This document shows, one piece after another, positions 25,214 through 36,074 of a stretch of 64,000 nt of DNA (positions within the stretch are counted from its first letter, which is position 1; each line of letters begins with the position of its first letter). The stretch is from Monocercomonoides exilis PA203. Its lineage: Eukaryota > Protista > Preaxostyla. The notes under the pieces were generated by a model. The model saw only the letters and a list, made by a program, of their open reading frames with translations. It did not search any database and was not told the DNA's origin. The position numbers and the translations under genes were made by a program. The stretch covers positions 248,001-312,000 of the forward strand of contig LSRY02000066.1 in the NCBI GenBank assembly GCA_001643675.2. The letters are read 5' to 3'.

Positions 25214-26786
25214 GAAATAGTGAAACTTTCATTGTTTTGTCTGCTTTCTTCTCTTCTGTTTTTGCTATGAGGAAGAGATGTGTTTAAATTTTAGTCTATT
25301 CGTTTTATTTTTTTTATTGTAAAATTGTTTAATGTGGAAAATATTTGTTGTTTCAATTTATTTTTGGAATAAATTCGATTGAATTGTTTATCATTTTCAA
25401 ATTTGAAAAATTAGCAATTTTTGACTGATATAAGCATATCAATACAGATTTGATAATTCTTCAATAAAACTTCATTCATCTTTGTTGCTTTCTTTGTATG
25501 AATGCAATCGAGTGAGTTTATGCACAGAAATGTATTGCTGTTCTTTCTTTGATTTTTATTTGAGTTCTTCTTTACTCTGGGTAATTGATTCTTTATATGT
25601 GTAACTCTTTATGAACATTCATTCAAATTGTTATTGTTCCAATTGAACTTTAATGTAATTGAGCTTTTTGATGCGTTTCATATCAAAATAAACTTGTTAT
25701 ATGTTTAACAACTAGAATGATAAGCAGTTGAGATGCAATTTTCAGTTGATTAAGAATCTTCTGAATCATCTTTCGAATATCGAGATTATCAATCACTAAA
25801 GTTTTTGATTTTACCATCTTTTGTTCAACATTTAGCTGCAATTCAAAGAAAAATAAAAATGAATATCCAAAGAATTGGGCAGAAATGCATCGTTATTTTC
25901 AAGCGTTATACGCGCGTAAGTACAAGAATTCTGTTTTCATTTTCATAAGACCAAATCTATTTCTTCTACATCGCAATTCTCAATGGAGTATTTTTCCCGT
26001 TATTGAATAAAAACTGCTTTTCCAAAAGGCCAAATAGTTTTAAAGCAAATTATGTGTCAAAAAAGAAGCACGCCAAAGTCATCATAAACGGTTGTTATCG
26101 AAGCATTAAGATATGAAATTGCAACAAAGAAAAATCAACTGATAAATTGATGAATAATGCTAATAAAAGATATTACTTATTTCAGAATGATAGTTTCATT
26201 TATCGATTATCATTCAAATAAAAAATATTTAAAAGACGAATATATTGAAGAGTGAATTCAAGTCGGGTCTAAAAGACTTGAATGACATCATAAGCACAAT
26301 TCAAAAACGTAAATCAAATAAAAACTAACAAAAATCAAAAGCATTAACGTAACCGGTCGATCCCGCAAAAAAGTTGTGAAAACATGTTCTGGCATGAACA
26401 TGAAAAGTTTGGAGCAACAGAAGCGACAAGACAACGAAAATGTTACAAAAGAAAAAATATAAAAAATAACTATACGTCAATAAGCATAATATATAACACT
26501 GAAGAACAAGGGCATTCAATCAAACAGTAAATAAAGAGAAGATGAAGAAAAGAACATTGAAAAAAAATTATAATCATTAACCACTAAAATATTTTCTCAT
26601 TTCTTCTCTTTATCTTTCTTTCACTGTTTGTCTGATGATTTCAATTTATGCTCATTGATAACGCTTTCTCACAAATAAAACCAAAAGTGGTAATGGAAAA
26701 GAAAAAGAATCAAATGTGAATTTTTCACATTCTTCTCTTTTCTTTACCATTATGTTAATGCCTTTTTTGTTCATCCATTCTTTTAT

Positions 26787-29281
26787 TTACTCGACAGTCA
26801 CTGACTTTGCCAGGTTTCTTGGTCTGTCTGGGTTCAAACCTTTGGCCACAGCCACTTTGTAAGCAATGAGCTGCAAGGGCACCACCATCAGCATTGGCGA
26901 CATGGCCTCAGAAATATGCGGGACACGCACAACATAGTCGCTCAGATGGAGCACTCTGTCAACATCGTCTGGGTCATTTGACAGGGCAGCGTATGCAAGC
27001 GAAGGGGTGGGAGGATTGGAGATGCTGGTTGGGGTGGTCGAGGCAGAGGGGATGGACGAGGAGGACGAAGACGCATCAAGAGTTGTCGATGAGGGGGAAG
27101 TCGAAAGAATAGAAGTCATCGAAGCAGATGCTGCGGGTGTGCGAATGTCGAGAGTAACATCCACATTGGCCAGATGCGAGGAAGATGAATGGAAAATAGG
27201 GGCAGATGGTGTTGGCGCTGCAATCTTTGAGAGAGAAGGAGAAGGAGAAGGACTTGGTGTGGGTGAAGGTGATGAACGAGGAAGTTGCGAAGAGACAGCA
27301 TTTGCAGGTGGTGTTGAAAGCGAGCCGAAGAATGGAGAACTCGAAGGAGAAGCCAGGAAATCTGAAGAGAGCGAAGGTGACATGTTTTGCTTGACATTCA
27401 CAGCAGACTTCATTTCAGGTGCGTCGGTGATGGTGATGATAGTTCCCTGTCGTGTCTTGATCTCCTCCATGTTGTTGAGCACTTTTGTGAACTGGGTCTC
27501 TTTGGAGGCGCCGAGGATGAAGAACACGGGCATCCCTTTCTCCACTAGAGCGATTGGGCCATGCTTCATCTCTCCAGCTGGATATCCCTCAGCGTGGATG
27601 TAGCTGATCTCCTTCATCTTCAGAGCTCCTTCAAGTGCAAGCGGATAATCCACACCGCGCCCCAAAAACAGAGCCGATTTCTTGTTCTTCACTGCCTCCA
27701 CAATCGCGTCGATGGCTGTCATTGTGGATGTCGACGACAGAATACGTTGGATCCCGTCGGGTACTCTGCGCAGCTCCTGCTGAATTCGAAGAGAGTACTC
27801 CTCGTTCTGCGCAAGAAATGCACTCAACAGCACCATAGCGCACACCTGGCACGAGAACGCCTTCGTCGATGCCACACCAATCTCTGCACCGGCATGCAAA
27901 TACATCCCTTGACCTGCTATTCTGGCAATCTGCGATCCGACCACATTCACAATACCTGCCAGCTGTGCCCCTTGTTTCTTTGCGAGAAGCAGAGCCTCGC
28001 GCGTGTCTGCCGTCTCACCAGATTGTGATACAGCTATCACCAGATCATTTTTGTTGCACAGGCAGCGTCGATATATAAACTCCGAGGCATATTCACAATC
28101 AACTGGTATTCCAGCAAATTGCTCAATCAGATGTCTTCCAACAAGAGATGCGTAGTACGATGTCCCGCAAGCTAGAAACACAATTTTTCGCAACGACTCT
28201 GGAACCGAAACATGAATTGACGTAATGTTGTCGATTTTTCCTGCAAAAGTCTGTTGAACTGCAGTTGGCTGCTGATAAATCTCTTTCAGCATATAATGTG
28301 GGAAATCGCCAATCTCATACTCTGCTGGTTCAAAAGGAATACGTACAATACGTGCTGCTGATTCTTCTGAAGTTAAAGGAGTTGACATTTCAAAATTTTG
28401 GGCAAGTTTATACACGTGATGTTCGGTTTCCGATGCAACGCACACTTCATGATCATCCAAATGAATGACTTTTTCTGTGTGTTCCCGAAATGCTATGGGA
28501 TCTGATGCAATAAATAATTCGTTTTCTCCAATTCCAATTGACATCGGAGATGATAATCTTGCAGCATACACTTTCTTCTCAGTCGAGTGAAGCACGCACA
28601 CAGCATACGCTCCTGAATGTCATTTTTGTTGACAATAAAATCACGATTAATTGGAAATCAATAACAAAAACAACTTCAATATTTCTTGAATTGCAAATTT
28701 GCAAACCAACGATTTTTGAAAGCATTAATACAAAAGTACTTAATGTATCCAAATGATAGGTCTTGTGAAGATGTTCGAGCAATATCGCAATAACTTCTAC
28801 GTCATTTTGGCTTTCAAATTTGTAACCTTCTTTTTTCATGAATGAAGTTAACTCTGTGCTGTTTTCAATAATACCGTTCAATACAACAGCCCAATTTCCA
28901 TCATTGCTGATAAATGGATGAGTGTTTTCAGTTGTGGGAAGTCCCATAGTTGGCCATCTTGTGTGTCCGATGCCCAAGCAAAAAGATTCAGGATGAGCAA
29001 GAATTGAGTCGGAGTATTGCTCTTTCAACAATTTCTCCAAAGCGGCAACCGTTCCTGCTGTTTTTGCCAAAATAATTTTCTCCTCATCTTTCTTGATCAT
29101 TGCGACTCCAGCTCCATCATACCCTCGATACTTGAAAATACATCAAATATTTAAATGAACATTTAAATGAAGCCATAAACATATTAAATATAAAAAAGTT
29201 CAATACTTCCAGTCTATGCAGTCCTTGTATGATTGTTATAAGTACTGGACGCCCACCAATATATGCAAATATCCCGCACAT
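26787..29281 (-). CDS. glmS: Glutamine--fructose-6-phosphate aminotransferase (GFAT/GlmS); 3 exons (29281-29207, 29130-28707, 28612-26787)
   Basis: MCGIFAY...LE|YRGYDGAG, GHTRW, SQSGETADT, EIGVASTKAF, EGALKMKEISYIHAEG, PRNLAKSVTVE*. Confidence 0.95.
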
Positions 29282-29353
29282 CTGCCTGTTATTTGATCGA
29301 GTAAATTTGATCTAGCCATTATTAGCATCAGATTAATTGAACTGAAAATAAAA

Positions 29354-30397
29354 ATGGGAGAGAAAACGAACTCAATTAAAATGATAGATAATACTGATAT
29401 CATCCAGTCGTTTTTGGATGAAATCAATGTTGAAAACCGTAATACATCTCCTAATTCTTGGGTGTTTGTAAGTAATTTGAATGGAGTTGATATATTCCAC
29501 AAAACATTTGATAAACATATTGGAATCTTGGGAGAAGCGTTTTTACCAGATGTTAATCCCTCAACATTTTTCAGTTTGAATTTTGTGTTTTGAAGCATTT
29601 TTTTGGGAATGTTATAAAAACTAAATGTTTTTATTTTTAATTTTTTTTTAGATTTTCTTAGAAAAGCTGGAAATAGAGTTAGTTTTGATAAATCTTGTGT
29701 TGATAGCAATGACGTTGATAAACTAACACCAGAAAGTGATGTCATAAGATATTATTTTAAGTTGTGGCCAGCTGCACCCCGTGATGTTGTTGTAAAGGTT
29801 AATATTTATTTATTTATTTATTTTTATTGAAAATAATTTAAATGGATTCAGCGTTGTTGGAAAGAGTTAAAAAATAAATCTTTCATTCTTGCTGAAACAT
29901 CTATCACTCATTCAGAGTATTTTCTTTTTCGATTGTTTTGTTTTTGAAAGAGTTAATTTATTCTTAACGTAATTACAAAATTAAACAGAACACCTGAAGT
30001 TCCAACTTATTTGCGTTCTGATGTTGCAATTGCTGGATACTTACTTAGCAGACATCGCATTCCAAAGGGAAAATCATCAATTGATACATCATCTATTTCT
30101 GAAGATGTTAAAGGAAAGGTTGAAAGTGATTTTGCGCAAAGCTCTTCAACAACTCCGACTTCTCCTGTGCCTTCGATTTCTCCATCTATGCTTTCATCAA
30201 CACTTACAAGCGCAGCAATTGGAACTGAGGAAGAAGTTGAAGATTATGAGAATTATATATATGGTACAAAATACACTTATCTAGTTGTAGTTGATCCAAT
30301 GGCATGGGTACCTGAAACAGTATTAAGAAAATGGAGTTTGGAATATCCACAAATTTTGAAGGCTGCTGCGGAAGAAATGAAGAGTAGGGGAAGATAA
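29354..30397 (+). CDS. START-domain lipid-binding protein; 4 exons
   Basis: WVFVSNLNGVDIF, RVSFDKS, LWPAAPRDVVV, YLRSDVAIAGYLL and YTYLVVVDPMAWVP match START blocks; three phase-compatible GT-AG introns. Confidence 0.8.
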
Positions 30398-30612
30398 TCA
30401 AGTTTGCAAATATATTTTCGGAAAACAAAAAACCTCTTTAAAACAACAACTATATTAATGCATTAAAAATTTTCTAAATTGCGCTTTTTTAGAACTTTGC
30501 TTCTTTTGTTTAAAGTTATCCCAAACGTGTTTCCATTTTTGTAATTGTGCTTTTTTAAGTTATTTACTCCAAAATTGCAAAATTGCATTTCACTTGTTAT
30601 TCACTTCACTTT

Positions 30613-31326
30613 ATGTTTGTCTTTTTTGAAATTATTTTTGGTTGAGATCAATTTTTATGTTTGTATTTTTGTTGATTTTTTTCATAATTTTAAAATAATA
30701 AAATAAAATAAAATAAAGTTTACGTTTTGAAGATTTAGCGGCTGTTGTTATCTCGGTAAAGGATCATTTCACATTGATGCCTTCGAGATTATTGATTGGA
30801 AATGTTAGTCTGATTAGATGCTGCTTTCAACTATATCAATTTGTTTTGTGCCTTACTTGCGTTACACAAATTTCAAAAGTGTTATTTATGGACTTGTCCA
30901 GCAGCGCAAAAATTATTATTTCAGTTTTTTCTTGTATGAAATTATTTTTGTGTATTTTTTACATTTTTTAATTCTCTTTGTAATGATTATTTTCGATCAC
31001 GCAAATTCAATTATGAATATTTTGTAAACAATAAGTGATAATTATGATTATTGAATTTTTTACTGTGTTCATTACGCATTTTAGCACGGTTTTGGCATTT
31101 GTTTCTCTTATTCTTCATATTGCCGGCTCAATATGGTTGACATTCATTTATCTGGAAAATAGATCTGGAACAGAATTTTGGATATGCTTGCTTATTGGAA
31201 GGTATTTTTATCGATTAGAAACATCTCTTTATCTTTTTTTTCAAGTCTTCTACCTTTTCTTTTAGATATTCTTTGGATCATCTTCGCTGTACATTGTACC
31301 AAAAAGAACAAAATATCTTGAAATAG
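30613..31326 (+). CDS. TMEM107-like small membrane protein (ciliary transition zone); exon structure uncertain
   Basis: LMPSRLL, IIEFF...SLILHIAGSIWLTFIYLENRSGTEFW resemble TMEM107 LVPSRFL and ISIGAHCSASVALSFFIFERWECTTYW; pieces lie in different frames. Confidence 0.5.
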
Positions 31327-31897
31327 CATTAATTTTCATTAAGTGTTTTTCCGAAACGTCTATTAGCATTCAATTTTCACATGTATTTGAATAAATTAAT
31401 TTGTATATTTGCATATCTCGACGTTCGGCGTTCAATTCGCAAAATGAATGTTTCATTTTATAAAAGTGTGGTTTTGACAGAAAATCTGAAATCTGTCAAA
31501 AGTTCTTGAATGTTACAAGCTCTTATTTTTTTTTTTTTTTTAGAATGAGAAAATGCAATTTCCAAATTTCATTTTAAAGAATGTGAAACAATTTTTTTAT
31601 TCCGTGGAAAATAATTGCATGTGAATTTTATAATTTTTTAATTCAGTTTTTGCAAAAATAAAAAGAACAAACTTTTGAAATAAATAAACTTTTTGGAAAG
31701 AAGTTTTAACAAATTATTGAATTAAATTAAAATAAATTAATAAATTAAGTTAAGTTAAAAAATAAAACGTGGAAATAAGTGTAGATTTCATAATAATATT
31801 TATGTGTAATTTGGTTGATGTTTCAATTTCTGTGCGAATTGAAACGATGATTTTCAACTTTCTCATCAAGAAGAAATATTTCTTTCTTCAAGTCGTC

Positions 31898-33659
31898 TTA
31901 TCGGACAGATTGAATGAATGGAGCTGCTCTGATATGTCTCTCCATGGCATTTTCCATTCCTCTATTCCTATTAAAACGTGGTGGCATATGCAAAGTTCTC
32001 TGAAGCGGGGGAGCTCTTGGAATAGTAACAGAATTCAGAAGAGGTGGTGCTCTTGGAACAGAAATAGAATTTAGAAGCGGGGGAGCTCTTGGAATAGTAA
32101 CAGAATTCGGAAGCGGAGGTGCTGGCGGAATGTATGGTATTTCAAAAATAGATTGATTTTTTGGATTGGCAGAAACATAACTCTGTGCAATTCTTACAGG
32201 GCGATGATTGGAAATGTTGTCATCTATCTCTACAACAGGCACTTGATACTGGAGAAGATCGTTAGGGAGAGGAGGAGGTGTTGGTACGAACTCATTCACA
32301 ACACCGCTGAATGATCCATCTTCACTTCTCAAAGTTGTTCGAAAATTCCTTTGCTTCTTTCTGGAATTTTTATTGATTGCCAAACAATATTCCATTTTTA
32401 ATGTTATCAATTTTTCGATTCGAAAAAAAAAGAATAGAATAAAAATTAATAAAGTCAAACGGTCTTCTGGAACGGCTAACTCTTCGCGTGCTTTTGATTC
32501 CCTCCAGCATCTCCACATGTTCTAAAACATGTTTTTCGTATCTTTTTTCACTGTGTGTATTCTTTAAGTTCTCGAATGGATCCTCTGTCTCCAGTTCCAT
32601 GCTTGGCAATAACTGGCGCAATCTATATGCGTCAGTGAAATAAAACATGGAAACACCCATTGCAGCTATTTTCACTTCAGCATTTTTTGAGGTTAAAAAT
32701 GGAACCAGCGCCCTGCGGATCTGCTCCTTGTATAATTCAATAGAAGCTTGTGGCAATGAAGACAGCTGCTCAGATGTGAGCAAGGCGAGAAGGGCACGAG
32801 AGATGTTAATTGCGCATTCCTGATGGAAGCATTTCATTGCGTCTTGCTCAAAAACTCGTCTCGTCGAATACGAAGTTGAGGTTGACGAAGAAGATGAAGT
32901 TGATGATGTAAAAGAAGATGATTCTGAAGATGATAATGAAGTTGAATTTTGTTCAATGTTTTTCACAAAATTTATCAAATCATTTATGCAAAGTTCAATA
33001 AACCCTTTCATTTTCCTTTCAGCTTTTAGGATATCAAAAGTGGCTAAATTATCGTTCAAAGAATTTCTAACTTCTTTTTCAGTTTGTATGAATGTTTGTT
33101 CCTCATTTTCCATGGTCGATACATCTTCTATAAATGAGGAAGAAGAAAGAAGAGAAACAATAGAATCGGTGGCATTTCGCACAACAATGTTATTCGTGCT
33201 CTTGATAAAATACAAACGTTCCAAACGTACCAAATGAATAACATTTCATTTGACAAAATAAACTTAAATCAAAAGATGAAGAACAAATAAGCAAACATTT
33301 ACAAATTTAAACAGTAAAGATATTGCTTCATCACTGATGTTATGATTTTGATTCGCTGAGAAACAGCTGGATAATAGCGACAAAAGTTTTAATGCCTCTC
33401 TCTTGTTTTATAAAAAAATTATAAAAAAATAAAATCTGAATTTAAAGAAACAGTACTGTAATGCAATCATTTATTTTTTGTTCAATCACTTTTTCAAGAA
33501 TGGATATAATTCCTATTTGCATCAAAATCTCAGAAACAGCAGAATCTATCAAATTGTTAGCTTTCTCGAAAATAAAAGCAGTGTAACACCTTCAATCACA
33601 TAATGTGATAAACGCTTTATTGAGTTCATAATTGAAAGAGGATCGTTTCCTTGTAACAT
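31898..33659 (-). CDS. Hypothetical multi-exon helical (ARM-like) protein with C-terminal proline-rich repeats
   Basis: ORFs 32370-33233 and 31898-32518 plus short upstream exons with GT-AG boundaries; C-terminal IPRAPPL repeats. Confidence 0.55.
32002..32131. repeat. 36-bp tandem repeat, about 3.6 copies, coding NSVTIPRAPPLL-like units on the minus strand
   Basis: Units start at 32002, 32038, 32074 and 32110 (GAAGCGGGGGAGCTCTTGGAATAGTAACAGAATTC). Confidence 0.9.
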
Positions 33660-33878
33660 ATTAATCAATTTATCAATTGAATAATTCTAAATACATCTTG
33701 AAACTTTGTTCTAACAAAATTCAAAAATATTTTATACTTCTTTTATTTCATAATCAGAATGATACGGAACATATATTTCATGTTCAAAGTAATCTGAATC
33801 GCACATTGAAAACAAGCTTCACAATAATTAAAAATATTTCTTAAGGTTAGTTGATCTGACGTTTTGGGTTTTTTTCAA

Positions 33879-34751
33879 ATGGCATATTCATCTCATTCTT
33901 CCCATGGTTTTTCAATCACTGATCCCTCAAACTTATATGATGATGACGTCTCATGGGCATCATCAAAAAAGCGTTTTGATTATCTTCATGACGACGAGAA
34001 ACCGCAAATTAGAGGCGGCGATATATTTGATGATGACAATTTTCGTACATTGCCTCGAAAAAGTCATAATCCAGTTGAATCTGATTTGCCATCAAAAAGA
34101 GATTCAATTCAGTTATCAAAATCCGCCAAACTCCCCTTGGTTGAAACAACTCAAAATGAAACACGAATTGAGTCAGTTGCTACAAAAGAGAAAATGATTA
34201 TTCCTTCATTTAAAAAAGATGGAACTCCTTTAACAGACAAAGAGCGTAGGAAATATGCTAAACAACTTGAACGATGGGAAAAGTGGAAAGAGCAGCATGA
34301 AAGGTTCGAAAGGCTAAAATATGCAGAAGAAGAAAAGGCTGGGATTTCTGTTATCAAAACTACAGATGCAGATGTGTCGTTGAAGGAAAAACAACTTTTT
34401 ATTGAAAGCATGGAACAAAAAAAGAAAGAAAAAAAATTAAAAAAGAAGGAGAAAAAGGAGAAAAAGGAAAAGAAAGAAAAAAAGGAAAAAAAGAAAGACA
34501 AAAAAGAAAAAAAGGAAAAGAAAGACAAATTGCTTATGGAAGAAGGAATTGTTAAAGTTGATAATGAAGACGAAAGAAAATCGAAAGAACTATTGCCTTC
34601 TTCCACTGTTACAGTTTCAGATGGCAGCCAAAAAAAAGATGAAGGTACAAAGCAAGATGATGACAGTGACAGCAGTTCTGACATAACATCATACAGCGAT
34701 TTAAGCCTTGGAGATGATTTTTTTGCAAGCCTGAAAAGTCAAAAAAAATAA
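33879..34751 (+). CDS. Hypothetical Lys/Glu-rich protein (KKEKKE repeats)
   Basis: About 290-aa uninterrupted ORF from ATG 33879; no recognisable domain. Confidence 0.7.
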   Translation: MAYSSHSSHGFSITDPSNLYDDDVSWASSKKRFDYLHDDEKPQIRGGDIFDDDNFRTLPRKSHNPVESDLPSKRDSIQLSKSAKLPLVETTQNETRIESVATKEKMIIPSFKKDGTPLTDKERRKYAKQLERWEKWKEQHERFERLKYAEEEKAGISVIKTTDADVSLKEKQLFIESMEQKKKEKKLKKKEKKEKKEKKEKKEKKKDKKEKKEKKDKLLMEEGIVKVDNEDERKSKELLPSSTVTVSDGSQKKDEGTKQDDDSDSSSDITSYSDLSLGDDFFASLKSQKK

Positions 34752-35834
34752 TTGCAAAATACAAAATGCCCGATTGTGAAAAAGGAATGCAATAAATTCA
34801 ACATTTTTGTGCAAAGCTTTCGATAATGAATATTCATTGAATTTTTATTTCTGAATCATTTCGTGTCTTATGTTTGGTATTAGAGAAACTTGTGATTATA
34901 TTTACAGTCTAATTATTTGAAATTTTTTGAAATTTTTTAGGATTTATATTTTTCTAATTATATTTCTGTAAAAAATTAAGTTTTTGATTTTTCTTGTTAT
35001 TTTCGTTTATGTTTTTGTTGTTGTCGGAGTAATGCTGATGTTTGTCTGTTTGATCGTTTGATGTGCTACCAACTGGAACGTTTTGTTTATGAAATGAAAA
35101 AATATACTCTTCTGTCTTCCAAATACATTTTGAAAAAGAATTTAATTTTGTGTTTTTGATTCAATGCTGAAAACACCATGAAATCATGCTTTATAGAAGT
35201 TTTATTTGAATTCGCAAATGCTTTTTTTTTCCTTTCACTTCATTGTTTTTTCTCTTGCATAAAAAACATTCAATGTTTCTTATTACATACTCCAATAATT
35301 GTCTCAAACAATCTGCCGCTCCAATCAAATTCGTACAATTCAAATATTCACAAGAAAACAATGTCAATCGCCTCGCATTCCAATTCCGAGCAGCACTCCT
35401 CAAATAATGTTTGATCTCTCATCTCCTGCAGCTCCTGCCTGAAGACTCGCGCCTAATCCAAAACTCGTCAGAATCCCGCAATATATTCGCATCTCTCGCT
35501 GCTTCAGGGGCTTTCTCAATGCAACCCATTGCTTCTTCTCAATAGCAGCATCTTCCCCATTTTGAGAGGCATTTCCCCTTCAACAAGAAGGTTTTCGATT
35601 CCGTCACTGAAGTCTATCTTTGCCATAATCGGTCCATCTAACTCAATTGAGGCCAACATACAAGAAGCAACAAAACGAGCTTCATTTTCGTTGAACAGAT
35701 CTATGCTGAACACTCGCCCGATTGCACTCAAAATGAATCGCTTTTCCAACAACAAAGAAGCTCGCCATGACAAAATTGACCTTCCTGCCTGAAACGTTCC
35801 ATCTATCCGCATTCCTTCTCCGATTACCATCCAA

Positions 35835-35837
35835 AAA

Positions 35838-35868
<31 letters not shown>

Positions 35869-35870
35869 AT
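35835..35870. repeat. (AAAT)9 microsatellite
   Basis: Read directly. Confidence 0.9.
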
Positions 35871-36074
35871 TTAAAAAAAATAAAATTTTAATATTTATTA
35901 TTAAAACAATTGCATTTTTAACCTCTTCGAGTCACACACATAAAAAAACAATATTGAAGCACTATCATTTTCTATCCCCCATTTTTGAATTAATTGATTT
36001 ATTTATTTCTTTAAAACGAATATTTTGAAAAAAATGGACCATAATTAATTTACACTTTTGAATCTTGCTTATTT

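Noticed and set aside
29236-29745. 169-aa minus-strand ORF upstream of GFAT
   Set aside because: Antisense to the START gene and out of frame with the MCGIF start
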